Counted from the first letter of the stretch, positions 1 through 13,056 are shown. The stretch is DNA of 64,000 nucleotides from Eledone cirrhosa (GCA_964016885.1 OZ024741.1:203298001-203362000); one strand, 5' to 3'. Program-made: numbers and translations. The notes: generated by a model not told the origin, from the sequence alone.

Positions 1-1301
1 GTGTTTTTGACAGATCTGGGGTGGTTAGAGTTAAAGTTGACATAGTTTAAGTTTTCATTCAACTTGTGAAAAGGATAGTGGAGACATGTGTTGAGATTTA
101 ATGTTATATCTAGGAAATTGACTATTCTATGGTTGTTCTCAATTTCTATTTTAAGGTTAAAGTAATTAAAAAATTTTGTAATTTGTTTACATTTTCTATT
201 TAGTTCAGGGTTATTATTATTAATGAGTAAAAGCATGTCATCCCTATATAAACCTCCGGTAGTACCAGGTATTTTCCTATGTAGCGAATTGATTAAAAAT
301 AAGCCCACAAGGTCAGTTACTTGAGCTGAGTCGGAAGATCCCATAGTTATGTCAAAATTGCTATCTCTATCTGCTCTGGTCCATAATTTGTCATCAAATT
401 CTATCAAAGTTTTCCTAGCCGATAATATAATATGCATTTCTTTGCTAGTTAGGTCCGTATGTTTGAATGCGTAATTTAGTGCCTTATTTAGTAGACTAGG
501 GGTAATAGAAGAATAATAGTTAGCTATATCAAGTTGAATAAACCTATTATTATTGTCATATTTAATTTGCCTAAACCACTCAACAACCTCTCCGGTTCCC
601 TTCCACAAGCTCAGGTTAGATACATAATCCAAGTTCTTAATTTGCAGTATCACCCTGTCAAGAATGTTTTTGCTTAATTTGCCCAGGTCCGATTTTGAAG
701 GTGCGATTAATCTAACTGGCGGGTCAATCTCAAAATTCCTCTTGTGGTCCTTCATATTGATCTTCGGTTTCCTGGGCACAAAAGGTTGTGTTCTGTTCTC
801 AATTTCCAACTCATGCATTATACAAGATGCTTCAACATTCATTTTCACAAGTTCGGTCTTATCTGCTACCTTGTATTTTTTCCTCAGCTCTTTCAGTATG
901 AGGCCATTATACATGTCTTTCTGCACTCCATAGAGGTTGTTGGTCTTGTCAGATTTCACCAAGATCTTCTCAGTTTTCTCTAAGCTCTCAATGTTATCCT
1001 TAATGCCTTTCAGATATTCCTGGCCTTTAAAGTTTCTCTTGAATTTGACCCCTTGTATGATAGAAATTATATCGTTTTCAAAGTCAGATAAAAGTTTGTT
1101 AGGGGGTGGATTTCTTTTAGATTTGAAAACTTTGTTTAAGTCCGAGATATTTTCGTCTGCATTAAATTTATCAAAGTGGAATGCACGCCACCTGATTCTC
1201 CTTATAAAAGAGTCAGATTTATCTATTAGTTGTTTTACAAAGTCTTTGTTTCTAGGTAGAGGTATGTCTTTTAGAGAGGAAGTAATCTTAAAGAATTCCA
1301 T
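1..1301 (-). CDS. Penelope-like element reverse transcriptase ORF (N-terminal ~433 aa; runs off the left edge)
   Basis: ATG at 1301-1299 gives MEFFKITSSLKDIPLPRNKDFVKQLIDKSDSFIRRIRWRAFHF. The same frame holds FDITMGSSDSAQVTDLVGL, GGLYRDDML (257-231) and LNYVNFNSNHPRS near position 1, all PLE RT motifs. It is absent from the ORF track, consistent with no stop inside the window. Confidence 0.9.
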   Translation of the reverse strand, partial: MEFFKITSSLKDIPLPRNKDFVKQLIDKSDSFIRRIRWRAFHFDKFNADENISDLNKVFKSKRNPPPNKLLSDFENDIISIIQGVKFKRNFKGQEYLKGIKDNIESLEKTEKILVKSDKTNNLYGVQKDMYNGLILKELRKKYKVADKTELVKMNVEASCIMHELEIENRTQPFVPRKPKINMKDHKRNFEIDPPVRLIAPSKSDLGKLSKNILDRVILQIKNLDYVSNLSLWKGTGEVVEWFRQIKYDNNNRFIQLDIANYYSSITPSLLNKALNYAFKHTDLTSKEMHIILSARKTLIEFDDKLWTRADRDSNFDITMGSSDSAQVTDLVGLFLINSLHRKIPGTTGGLYRDDMLLLINNNNPELNRKCKQITKFFNYFNLKIEIENNHRIVNFLDITLNLNTCLHYPFHKLNENLNYVNFNSNHPRSVKN

Positions 1302-1909
1302 TTTTCAGTTATAATATAAAGCGCTCAACAGTATTGGAGCAAGATACATGTAAAGTTATATTTAAAATTGTTGGGTTACAACTAGTAAATATTTATAACT
1401 GATATAAAAGCACTCGACAAATACTTGGAGTATATTTACAATATTAAATAAATGGAAAACTATATTTATAAAACCATATTTATTTCATTATATATATTTC
1501 GGGGATATCATATTAACAATATGCTATGCCTTCATCAGACAAAATACAATATAAACAGTTTTATAGATAAATATATTCGACATACCGTAATAAACATCAA
1601 CTTCATTTGAAGAGGTTCACTCTAGCAGTGAAAATACAGAGAGAAAGAAAGAGAGAGAGAAAAGAGGGAAATAAGAAAGAAAGAAAGACGAAACGAAGAA
1701 AAGGAAGAAAAAGAAGAAAAAGAAGAAATGCATGGGACAAAATAGAGAGATGGAAAAATAGATAAAGCGAAGAGCTTCATGTAAAGAGACCGAAAGAGAT
1801 ATATATATATATAGAGAGAGAGGAAATAGAGATAGATACATATATAAATATAGATATAGAAAAATTAGGTAGTGGGAGGTCATTTTGAGTAAGTGTATCA
1901 ATGATGCAT

Positions 1910-1944
<35 letters not shown>

Positions 1945-2320
1945 GCTCAAGTATTAATGTAAGGGAGATATAGAGAGATATAGAGAGATATATATCTATT
2001 TTTCCATCTCTCTATTTTGTCCCATGCATTTCTTCTTTTTCTTCTTTTTCTTCCTTTTCTTCGTTTCGTCTTTCTTTCTTTCTTATTTCCCTCTTTTCTC
2101 TCTCTCTTTCTTTCTCTCTGTATTTTCACTGCTAGAGTGAACCTCTTCAAATGAAGTTGATGTTTATTACGGTATGTCGAATATATTTATCTATAAAACT
2201 GTTTATATTGTATTTTGTCTGATGAAGGCATAGCATATTGTTAATATGATATCCCCGAAATATATATAATGAAATAAATATGGTTTTATAAATATAGTTT
2301 TCCATTTATTTAATATTGTA
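1302..2320. mobile_element. PLE 5' pLTR with HHR plus an inverted pLTR copy (arms ~1437-1760 and ~1992-2320), ending in (TA)n
   Basis: Near-perfect inverted repeat. HHR core on - at 1497-1538 and on + at 2219-2260 (CTGATGA...catatt/aatatg stem II...GAAA). Confidence 0.85.
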
Positions 2321-2339
2321 TATATATATATATATATAT

Positions 2340-2693
2340 TAGAAAGTGAGGTTTTTTTTACAAAATGAAAAATAACCGAGGTGTCCTACACGAGTGGAAG
2401 TATAAAGAAAAAGGGATGAAATCGAAAATGCAACTGAAGTCTTATTTTTTTTAAAAATATATATATTTATTTGGTTCCTTTACCGGTTTCGCAGTTCTTC
2501 TGCTTTTCAAAAGGTGAGTTGAGATGGAGGGTCTGTGGTTTTTCTCACAGATGTGAGAAAAACCACAGACCCTCCATCTCAACTCACCTTTTGAAAAGCA
2601 GAAGAACTGCGAAACCGGTAAAGGAACCAAATAAATATATATATTTTTAAAAAAAATAAGACTTCAGTTGCATTTTCGATTTCATCCCTTTTT

Positions 2694-2698
<5 letters not shown>
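2340..2698. mobile_element. Palindromic HHR element in (TA)n, apex ~2550
   Basis: Perfect inverted arms; cctt-TTGAAAA-gcag/ctgc-GAAACCGGTA-aagg at 2587-2624; related copy at 32721-33025. Confidence 0.8.
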
Positions 2699-2744
<46 letters not shown>

Positions 2745-2827
2745 TAAATGTTTAACCCCGACGTTAGTTTCAGAAGATCCCGTTAAGGGTGAAAGCAGCG
2801 ATTCTTTGCTTAAACTTTAATCTGTTA

Positions 2828-2874
<47 letters not shown>

Positions 2875-2876
<2 letters not shown>

Positions 2877-3223
2877 TAGATTGAGTTAGAAACTCCAAAT
2901 AGTCTTTTACAATTAAATAGCTCAAGGAAGGAAATCTTTCCGAGCCGTGCAATATAATTGAATATATGAGAGGGATGAACACTGATACAAGTATACATGT
3001 GTTCCAATTGCAAATGACCAAGTTAGCTAGGTTGAAAAATACTAATTTAAAACAATATGGTTTGCCTGTCTCGATTTAAAGTAATAAATCAATAAAAATA
3101 ACAAACCTATATTGGGCAACTGCCTTTGATTTAAATTAGTATTTTTTCAACCTAGCTAACTTGGTCATTTGCAATTCGAACACATGTATACTTGTATCGG
3201 TATTCATCCCTTTCATATATTCA

Positions 3224-3228
<5 letters not shown>
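2875..3228. repeat. Imperfect palindromic pLTR-like element between (TA)n tracts
   Basis: 2955-3050 is the inverted match of 3130-3226; related sequence at ~20405-20575. Confidence 0.65.
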
Positions 3229-3307
<79 letters not shown>

Positions 3308-3669
3308 TATATATATATATATATATATATGAATATATATATATATATATATATGAATATATATATATATATGAATATATATATATATGAATATATAGGT
3401 ATATTTGTGTATAAAAATCCATGCTCGACCCCACCATTTTATTCAGGATATCCTGATAATCAATTTCACACACTCCCTTCACATAAGATTAAAATCTTGT
3501 TCCTTTTAATCGTTAAAATCTCAGAATTTATTTTGACAAAATATCAACACTTAATAAACATCCTTCGTCATATATCCCCTATACACAGACTTGAAATAAA
3601 AGATCAAAGATTTAGCAACCGAAAAAGAGATCTTATAAATATATTTCCTATCCTGTACACTAATGATGC

Positions 3670-4040
3670 TTTAAAAGTTAAAGTTAAAGTCTGTCTAGAG
3701 GCTCATGAAACCGAGACTTGTCTGTGTTTCACTGGCGTTAAGCGACTGAAAGCACTAGATTTCTTGGATAGGGCGCCGGTTCATTACAGCGTTAAAGTCT
3801 TTCCTAAATCCAGTGGCTCATCAGACCGAATTTTATCCTTTTTTTCAATGACTGAGAATATACTGGACATGACGACAGTACAACGAAGGTTTAACCCCCA
3901 GTTTCTGGTACTGCTACTGATATTCAGTTTCAAAAGAGATGACTGGAGCAAGGTGAAATCAAGAACATACGCGCCATCCGGACCAGGTATCGAACCCTTG
4001 ACATTGCGATCGTAAGCCTAACGCCCGTATCACTAAGTTA
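3670..4040 (-). mobile_element. Degenerate tRNA-derived SINE
   Basis: Reverse-complement B-box (tcgaaccc ~3990), tRNA-like head to 4040 and (aaagtt)n tail at ~3674. Confidence 0.5.
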
Positions 4041-4837
4041 TCAATGAAATAGATTGTTTACATAATCCATAAGAAGAAATATTCTTCTGTTTCAGCATCC
4101 AGTAGTAAGGTAAGTGTTTGTTGATGATGAATTAAGAAATCCTGAAACACAGGGGTGCTGATGTGGCTGACATGATCACAAATAAAATACACAGTGAGAT
4201 TATACGTATGGTCCTTATACATAGCATGTTATATATAGGTTTACATATACCTTTATTCTGAACCACGCTGTGTTAGTGCTACAGCCAATTCCCTTAACAC
4301 TACATTCAGTATATGATGTATATTTTTGTGTAATAATTTACATTATATATTGTTCGGTATGTTGGAAAGACTAATTGCGGATTAAGTGTGGTAGAGTCTG
4401 AGTGCGTTTTTCAGCCAGACTCACCATGCTCGCTGAAACTATCCTTCACATTTACATATATTGAGAAAAAGGGAGAGAGGTAGTGCATTATATCAAAAGC
4501 AATTTACGTGAGCCCATTACTTATGGCGGAGTCGTTGAGCCGCACTGTCTTGGGCATTTCAACATAACAGAGCCCTTTGCTCTCCATGTCAGAACACGTT
4601 TTCTTCCACAGATATAGAGAGAGTGAGAGAGAGAGAAAGCGAGAGAGAGGGAGAGAGAGAGGGAGAGAGAGAGGGAGAGAGAGAGGGAGAGAGAGAGATA
4701 GAGAGATGAAGAGGGAAGGGAATAAGAGATATAGAGACGGATAGGTAAATAGATAAATATATATATATACATATATATTATTAATGCAGATTAAAGGTTT
4801 AAGCAATAAATTACTGCTTTTACTCTAAGCGAGATCT

Positions 4838-4876
<39 letters not shown>

Positions 4877-4881
4877 TTATA

Positions 4882-4944
<63 letters not shown>

Positions 4945-4949
<5 letters not shown>

Positions 4950-5163
4950 CTTGATCACCTTGACCGACCAGTCTGTCGGGCGTCCATTCGGCACCGCTGG
5001 TCACAGCACGTCGTGCTGTTTTAGCCATAACGCCATCCCACTGGCTGGGCGGGCCGGTACCTCACAATCTCATTTCTACAGCTGAGTAAACTGGAGCAAC
5101 GTGAAATAAAGTGTCTTGCTCAAGGAAACAACACATCACCCGGTCCGAGAATTGAACTCACAA

Positions 5164-5165
<2 letters not shown>
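4945..5165 (-). mobile_element. tRNA-derived SINE (family with gtccttgagcaagacactttatttcacgttgctccag core)
   Basis: Reverse complement of the core at 5090-5125; B-box near 5150. Confidence 0.7.
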
Positions 5166-5224
<59 letters not shown>

Positions 5225-5225
<1 letters not shown>

Positions 5226-7952
5226 GTAAAAAATTGAACAGGAACAAAACAGAGAGGCAGTACGAACAAAGGTTTATTAGTTTCACGCTCTTGAGAGTGG
5301 GGTGGTGGTGGGGAACGACGTTTCGGGCATAAGCCCTTCTTCAGGTGAAAAGTGTGTGGGAAGAGAGTTCCAAGGGTGTGTAGGGGAGTGGTGGAGAGAC
5401 ATATAGAAAAAAGGGGGTGAGAGGAAAGGGTACAAATGAAATTAAATATAAAAGCATAATAAAAATAAAAATAAACATGACGTAAAACAGGTGGTGGAAG
5501 GGTGTGGGGCGTGTAGGGGTGGTGGCGGGTGGAGTGGGGAGAGGGAGGCGGGGTGTCCGAGCGGGGAGGGCTGAAGACGATGTGTGTGTAGGTGTGTGTG
5601 TGTGTGTGTATGTCCAAGTAAGAGTTGGGGGAAGAACGGGGTTGCATGTTCAGGAAGAGGTGTGTGTGGGGTGGGGTGTAGGTCGGTGTGTGTGCGTGTG
5701 TGGATGGGGAGGGGTCAGAGGGGTGGGGGGAGAGGATTCCGGAGGCTGAGTGTGTAAATATGTGGTGGTACGCACGTGTATGTGGTGTTTATGCGTGTTG
5801 TGGATGTAGGTGGCGTGTGGGAAAAAATGTTTTGAGTGTATGTCAGTGGGTGAATCCTTAAGGTAATTCCGTAGACGATGTGGTGGAATGCTGGGTAATA
5901 TCCTTGGGATGTGGTTGATTCTAGGGATCGATGTCCAATATGTGTAATCCGTGGTTGGGTTGGTCGGAAGAGGGGAGATGTGGGGTGCGCGCGCAACGTG
6001 AAGTGGTCAGAGGGTCAAGGCAGGAGGAGGGTTGTGTGTCTGTGTGTGCAGGGAGGTGGTCAGAGATAAGGGCATAGCAGCAGTCGGGGAGAATGGTAAG
6101 TGAAGAAAGTCGGTGTGTCAGTGTGTGCGGAGGTGCGGTGGACAGGGGAGAGGATGGGTAGGTGTGAAAGTTGGAGTGAGGAGGGTGTGTGTGTGTATTA
6201 GTAGAGGTGTTAGTGGGATGTGTGTGTGTGTGTGTGTCAGAAAGGGTGTGGCTGGAGCGGGGAGAGAAGGGTGTGGGGGCCGGTGGAGGGAGTGTAGTGT
6301 ACTGGTGTATGTGTGCGTGTTTGGATGAGTGAATGTGTGATGAAGGGGGTGTTAGTGGGTGTTAGTATACTGGTGGTGGGGAAAGGGTTGAATGCGGATG
6401 TGAGTGGAGGTCAGTGGTGGTAGGGTGTGTAGAGTCGGTGGTGTAAGTGGGTGTGTGTGTTCGTGTGCGTAGGGTTGGAGGGTGTTAGTGATGTTAGTTG
6501 CGGGGTGGTGGGGTGGATGTGTGGGGGTGAGGGTTAGTGGTGGTAGTAGGGTGTGTGTTTAGTGTGAGCGCGTGTATATATGTACCGGTGGGTGTGTGCG
6601 TGTGAAAAGGGGAGGGGGAGAAGAAGGGGGGGGGGGTGTTAGTATGTTAGTTGGGGAAGGGTGGTCGAGTGTGAGGTGGAGGTGTTAGTATTGTTAGTTG
6701 TGGGGTGGGCGGTGAAAGGGAAGGGTGTGTTAGTGGTGTTAGTGGGGATATGTGTGGGGGGAGGGGGACGGTCGAAGCCTAAAGGAATAAGGGTGGGGAG
6801 TTCAGGCCGGGGGGAGTGTGGGTCTGTAAGGTGAAGATGGTTCGTTGTTCGACCCTGAGGAGAGTGGCGGGTGTTCCGTGGCATTGGAGTAGGCCACAGA
6901 GTGTGAGGTGGTGCGCGGAATGTCCAGGGACACCAAAGTGGCGGGCGATGGGGGAACTACCACCGAGACGAATATCTCGGAGGTGTTTGGTAAACCGGTT
7001 CGCCAGGCGACGTCCAGTCTGTCCGACGTAGGTTGCACTGCACTCCGTGCAGCGGAATCCGTAGACTAGGTTGGAGGAGGTGCAGCGGAAGGCATGCCGG
7101 ACAGAGAGAGAGTGGCCGTTGGGACCCTGGAAGGTGGTGGTGTTGGTGATGTGGGGACAGGTGTTGCAACGGGGCCTGGAACAGGGAAGGGAACCGGAGG
7201 GGGGCGTGGGTTGGGAGTAGGGAGCTGTGGACGAGGAGGGTGCGGAGATTGCGTGCGCGTTTGAAGAAGGGGAGTGGTGGGGATGGGAAGATGTGGGAGG
7301 TGGAGGGGTCGGACTGGAGGCGTTGGACTGGAGGCGTCGGAAGAGGCGGAGGATGGTGCGGTGGAGGGGTATGGTGGAGGGGTGGTAGGTGATGGGGAAA
7401 GGGAGACGGTGGGTGGGTGTGCGGTGGCGTGGGGTGAGGGTGGTGGGGCGGTGGACAGCACGGGCGTGGGTGAGAGCGGTGTGGACGAGTGAGGGAGTAA
7501 CCTCTGCGGATGAAATGGATGACTAGGGAAAGGGCCTGGGAATCAAAGTCAGCATCTCGGCTACAGAGGCGGCGGATCCTGAGGAGTTGGGAGTAGGGAA
7601 TAGAGTGTTTAGTGTGTGTTGGGTGGGAAGAGGTGAAGTCGAGGTAGGAGTGGGAGTCGGTCGGTTTGAAGAAGGCGGAGGTGGCGAGGGAGTGATGGGA
7701 GGGGTCGAAGGCGACGGAGATGTCTAAGAAGTGGACGTGGGTGGTGGAGATAGAGGTGGTGAAGTGGAGGGAGGGGTGGATGGAGCAGAAGAAGGAGAGA
7801 ATGGAGTTGAGCTGTTCTCGGGTGAGGGTCGTGGCTCCGATACAGTCGTCGATGTAACGACCGTACAGTTCGGGCGTCGGGCCGGTGTATTGGGCAAAGA
7901 TTTGGGCCTCAACATGGCCAACAAAAAGGTTGGCATAGTTTGGGCCCATTCT
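5225..7952 (-). mobile_element. 5'-truncated, frameshifted Penelope-like element (Neptune-like): RT + Cys linker + GIY-YIG, long CA/C-rich 3' region, terminal HHR
   Basis: MGPNYANLFVG...YGRYIDDC...FLDI...FKPTDSHSYLDFTSSHP; PCSRPRCNTCPHI linker; NLVYGFRCTECSATYVGQTGRRLANRFTKH at ~6960-7075; flanked by (TA)n. Confidence 0.9.
5316..5346 (-). ncRNA. Minimal hammerhead ribozyme core in the PLE 3' pLTR
   Basis: Minus strand reads CTGAAGA-A-GGGC-TTAT-GCCC-GAAACGTC; stem I is weak. Confidence 0.7.
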
Positions 7953-8038
7953 TGTATATATATATATATATATATATATGGTACGGGAACAAAAACAGAG
8001 TACAAACAAAGGTTTATTAGTTTCACGCTCTTGAGAGT

Positions 8039-8085
<47 letters not shown>

Positions 8086-8089
<4 letters not shown>

Positions 8090-9810
8090 TGAAACAAAAT
8101 GAAAACGAAATTTCATTTCTCACTCTTAGTATGGCACTTACTTAAATGTAAGTATGCATGTATACGTACATACATATATGTATACAGACGTACAGTAGCA
8201 TGCACATATATATATATATATACATATATACATACATATGCATACAGGTACACATACATATATGCACGTATCAGTTTAGCGGCGCTTATTATAACGTCGC
8301 TTTGTTCGTTTGTAAACAAACTGAACAGCCTGAATTTATGCCATACGGTGTTAAGGCAACCACGTCACCTTTTTGTTCAACACTGACACAGGAACGATGC
8401 ACTAGTTTCAAGCTTGTTAGCTATCATCAGCACCGTTTACCCATCTGCCAGATAGTTGAACGTTCGAAAGTATATACTTTCCTTATGAAAATTAACGGCT
8501 GAGCAGCCTAATTTGCATATTGAGTGAGTTAAATCGTTCAGGCATACCGAAAACGATAAATTGAAACAAAATGAAAACGAAATTTCATTTCTCACTCTTA
8601 GTATGGCACTTACTTAAATGTAAGTATGCATGTATACGTACATACATATATGTATACAGACGTACAGTAGCATGCACATATATATATATATACATATATA
8701 CATACATATGCATACAGGTACACATACATATATGCACGTATCAGTTTAGCGGCGCTTATTATAATGTCGCTTTGTTCGTTTGTCAACAAACTGAACAGCC
8801 TGAATTTATGCCATACGGTGTTAAGGCAACCACGTCACCTTTTTGTTCAACACTGACACAGGAACGATGTACTAGTTTCAAGCTTGTTAGCTATCATCAG
8901 CACCGTTTACCCATCTGCCAGATAGTTGAACGTTCGAAAGTATATACTTTCCTTATGAAAATTAACGGCTGAGCAGCCTAATTTGCATATTGAGTGAGTT
9001 AAATCGGTCAGGCATACCGAAAACGATAAATTGAAACAAAATGAAAACGAAATTTCATTTCTCACTCTTAGTATGGCACTTACTTAAATGTAAGTATGCA
9101 TGTATACGTACATACATATATGTATACAGACGTACAGTAGCATGCATATATATATATATACATATATACATACATATGCATACAGGACGTTATAATAAGC
9201 GCCGCTAAACTGATACGTGCATATATGTATGTGTACCTGTATGCATATGTATGTATATATGTATATATATATATATATATGTGCATGCTACTGTACGTCT
9301 GTATACATATATGTATGTACGTATACATGCATACTTACATTTAAGTAAGTGCCATACTAAGAGTGAGAAATGAAATTTCGTTTTCATTTTGTTTCAATTT
9401 ATCGTTTTCGGTATGCCTGACCGATTTAACTCACTCAATATGCAAATTAGGCTGCTCAGCCGTTAATTTTCATAAGGAAAGTATATACTTTCGAACGTTC
9501 AACTATCTGGCAGATGGGTAAACGGTGCTGATGATAGCTAACAAGCTTGAAACTAGTACATCGTTCCTGTGTCAGTGTTGAACAAAAAGGTGACGTGGTT
9601 GCCTTAACACCGTATGGCATAAATTCAGGCTGTTCAGTTTGTTTACAAACGAACAAAGCGACGTTATAATAAGCGCCGCTAAACTGATACGTGCATATAT
9701 GTATGTGTACCTGTATGCATATGTATGTATATATGTATATATATATATATATATGCATGCTACTGTACGTCTGTATACATATATGTATGTACGTACACAT
9801 GCATACTTAC
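8086..9810. mobile_element. Retrozyme-like HHR tandem array, subfamily A (472-bp unit); ~2.3 units in - sense joined head-to-head at ~9186 to ~1.3 units in + sense
   Basis: ORF-track repeats at 8099/8571; HHR on + at ~9521-9565; (TA)n on both sides. Confidence 0.88.
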
Positions 9811-9971
9811 ATATATATATATATATATATTAAAACAACACCGATTCTTTGCTTAAACTTTAATCTGTTATTTTAATAAATATTTTATTTGCTCTACGGT
9901 TCTTATATATCTGTTATATATTTATCCTTATCGAGCCCTCTTTGGATTTTAGTCTTCAAATTTATTATTAT

Positions 9972-10041
<70 letters not shown>

Positions 10042-10046
<5 letters not shown>

Positions 10047-10490
10047 TAAGAGGAATTCCAACTTTGTCTGATTTACTCGTTTTATTTACAATCCTTTAAA
10101 ATATATAATGGTATTATAATGAAATAGTATGGTAGAATATTAAATTCTAAGTGTTAATTGAACAAGTACTTTCATGCTTTCGCAATCTTCAGGTTCATAA
10201 TATGTGGTGACAGTCAAGTTTGCAATTTTCAACTGCAATTTTCAACAGTTGAAAATTGCAAACTTGACTGTCACCACATATTATGAACCTGAAGATTGCG
10301 AAAGCATGAAAGTACTTGTTCAATTAACACTTAGAATTTAATATTCTACCATACTATTTCATTATAATACCATTATATATTTTAAAGGATTGTAAATAAA
10401 ACGAGTAAATCAGACAAAGTTGGAATTCCTCTTATTAATATAATCGTCTATACACAATCATACACACCCGTGTATATTTACTTATCTCTC
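10042..10490. mobile_element. Palindromic HHR element (apex ~10240), nested in another inverted pair (9890-9975 / 10530-10625)
   Basis: tgaac-CTGAAGA-t-tgc/gca-t-GAAAGTACTT-gttca at 10284-10322; flipped twin at 51785-52228. Confidence 0.85.
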
Positions 10491-10906
10491 TCTCTCTCTA
10501 TATATATAAAATATATATAATATATATATAGTAATAATAATAAATTTGAAGACTAAAATCCAAAGAGGGCTCGATAAGGATAAATATATAACAGATATAT
10601 AAGAACCGTAAAGCAAATATTTATTATATATATATATATCCAGGGAGTGTAACGTGAAGTAACTGTAGATTCACCCAGGTGACCACCCGATATATATGTT
10701 CACGTCAGTGGCGAGGTGTAGAGCTTGACAGAGTGTAATATAATATTACACCAGCAACAGCAGAGGTCCGACGAGCTTTTGATTCCAGAGTCGGGCCAGA
10801 TCGAACCTTCAGCTGATCAATAATGAAACGCGCGTCACCAATCAATAAACGTATTAAAGGCTTAACAAATCGTTCTTGTATTATTATACTATATATATAT
10901 ATATAT

Positions 10907-11562
10907 GGAATAGAATATGAATGGAATAGAATGAAACGAAATTTCATTTCTCACTCTTAGTACGGCACTTACTTAAATGTAAGTGTGTATGTATGTATAC
11001 GAACATATATATATGTATACAGATGTTCAGTAGTATGTATATATATACATACATGCTCACATATATATATATGCACGTATCGGTTTACCGAACATTTATT
11101 ATAATGCTCGGTTTGTTCGTTTGTAAACAAACAAACAGCCCGAATTACGCCGTACAGTGTTTAGGCAACCACGTCACCTTTTTGTTCAACACTGACACAG
11201 GAATGATGTACTAGTTTCAAGCTTATTAGCTATCGTCAGCATCGTTTACCTTCCTACCAGATGGTTGAACGTCTGAAAGTATATACTTTCTTTATGCATA
11301 TTAACGGCTGAGCAGCCTAATTTGCATATCGAGTGAGTTCAGTCGGCTGGGCGCACCGAAAACGATAAATGGAATAGAATGAAACGAAATTTATATCTCA
11401 CTCTTAGTATGGCACTTACTTAGATGTAAGTATGTATGTATACGTACATACATATATGTATACAGACGTACGTGCATATATATATGTGTGCATGTATGTA
11501 TATATATACATACTACTGTACGTCTGTATACATATATGTATGTACGTATACATACATACTTA
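10907..11562. mobile_element. Retrozyme-like unit, subfamily C, with short inverted arm
   Basis: Homologous to the 466-bp unit; HHR on - at ~11203-11248 (CTGACGA core); inversion near 11470. Confidence 0.8.
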
Positions 11563-11566
11563 CATA

Positions 11567-11681
<115 letters not shown>

Positions 11682-12227
11682 TAAAATAACAGATTAAAGT
11701 TTAAGCAAAGAATCGCTGCTTACACCCTTAACGGGATCTTCTGAAACTAACAAAGTCAATCTGTAAACGCAGAACTGGATATTTCAAAAAACGTTGCAAC
11801 CGGAGGAAGACAGGAAGACGATACTTTGGTTCGTGGAAACGTTCGCTGGCAAAGAACGGGAAAAAACGAATAATACGTCATTAATAGGAGCGGTGAAAAA
11901 CAATTACGCGCAAAGACAAAACCACGTTTATGGTATAAAAGAGGTCGTAGACTAATGTTCTCTTAGGTGGATAGAAACAAATAAATACATACACGTACAT
12001 ACGCAAAACCATCTGGATTGTATAATGATTAAATAATGATTTTGTAAATTTCTATATACACTCCGCAAATTGTTACACCTGAAATCTATAGTAAAACAAC
12101 CACAGGATCTACCAATTGGAATAATTCGTACGTTGTGTAAACCACTACTGTAAGCGGTCTTTGCGTCTTGTTGAACATCAAATTAATTGATTACACTAAC
12201 GAAAATTGAATAATACTATAATTGTAT

Positions 12228-12382
12228 AAATATATATGCATAATTTAATATAGAAATAGCTTCTACAGGACTAGAACTGTTTCATTCGAAGGAAATCATC
12301 ATGGCTTTTTGATTATTTCGTTCGAATGAACTAGTTTTAGTCCTGTAGAAGCAATTTCTATATTAAATTTTGTATATACTCT
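12228..12382. repeat. Imperfect palindrome with degenerate HHR (atgatga-ttc/gaa-tgaaac on -)
   Basis: aatatagaaatagcttctacaggactag matches tagtcctgtagaagcaatttctatatt in inverted orientation. Confidence 0.6.
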
Positions 12383-12453
12383 GCTAATGTATTGAGTATA
12401 TTTACAACAGAGGTATAGAAAATGTTTTCCTACGGCCTAGGTTAATATGTGTG

Positions 12454-12518
<65 letters not shown>

Positions 12519-13056
12519 ATATTTGGGGAGGGTCATATTTGCGTAATATTGCCAGAATTAATAACAGAACACACTCACTGTTTGGTTGGTTTTCGCTTCT
12601 CGCTGTCTTTTATATATATATATCTGCGATCTAACTTACTCGGTCCTCAATGTTGCCATTGACTGACCGGCGGTCAAAAATAATACAGATACAATATAGA
12701 CAAACACATATATATATAGTTTACATAAATCTTTCGTTGCACATCTGCAACATCGTCAGTGGTGTTATATTCATTGTTCCTCCTGTTGTGTTGTATGTCT
12801 ACGCCATTTTTTTGTTCAGTCTGTCTATATATTTATTTATTTATTTGCTTGTTTGTTTATCTTATTTTATTTTGTCTTCTTTGCGCATGCGTTTGCGTGT
12901 GTGTATAGTGTTATGTGTGATGTGTGACTAGTGTGGATAGTGTTGTGTCTGCTGGGTGACTGGTGTGTGTTTATGTGCTTGTGTATGTATTTATTTATCT
13001 TATTTTATTTAATTTAATTTACTTATTTATTTATACTTCTCTTAGGTCATCGCCGC

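Noticed and set aside
664-1314. Plus-strand ORFs of 79-125 aa
   Set aside because: Antisense shadows of the PLE RT ORF.
2750-2800. Possible HHR on - (accc-TTAACGG-gatcttct-GAAAC-taac-GTC-ggggt; related fragment ~11723)
   Set aside because: Stems I and III look plausible but the core and stem II deviate too far to call.
3161-4015. 284-aa ORF
   Set aside because: Built from (TA)n, AT-rich filler and an antisense SINE; no domain.
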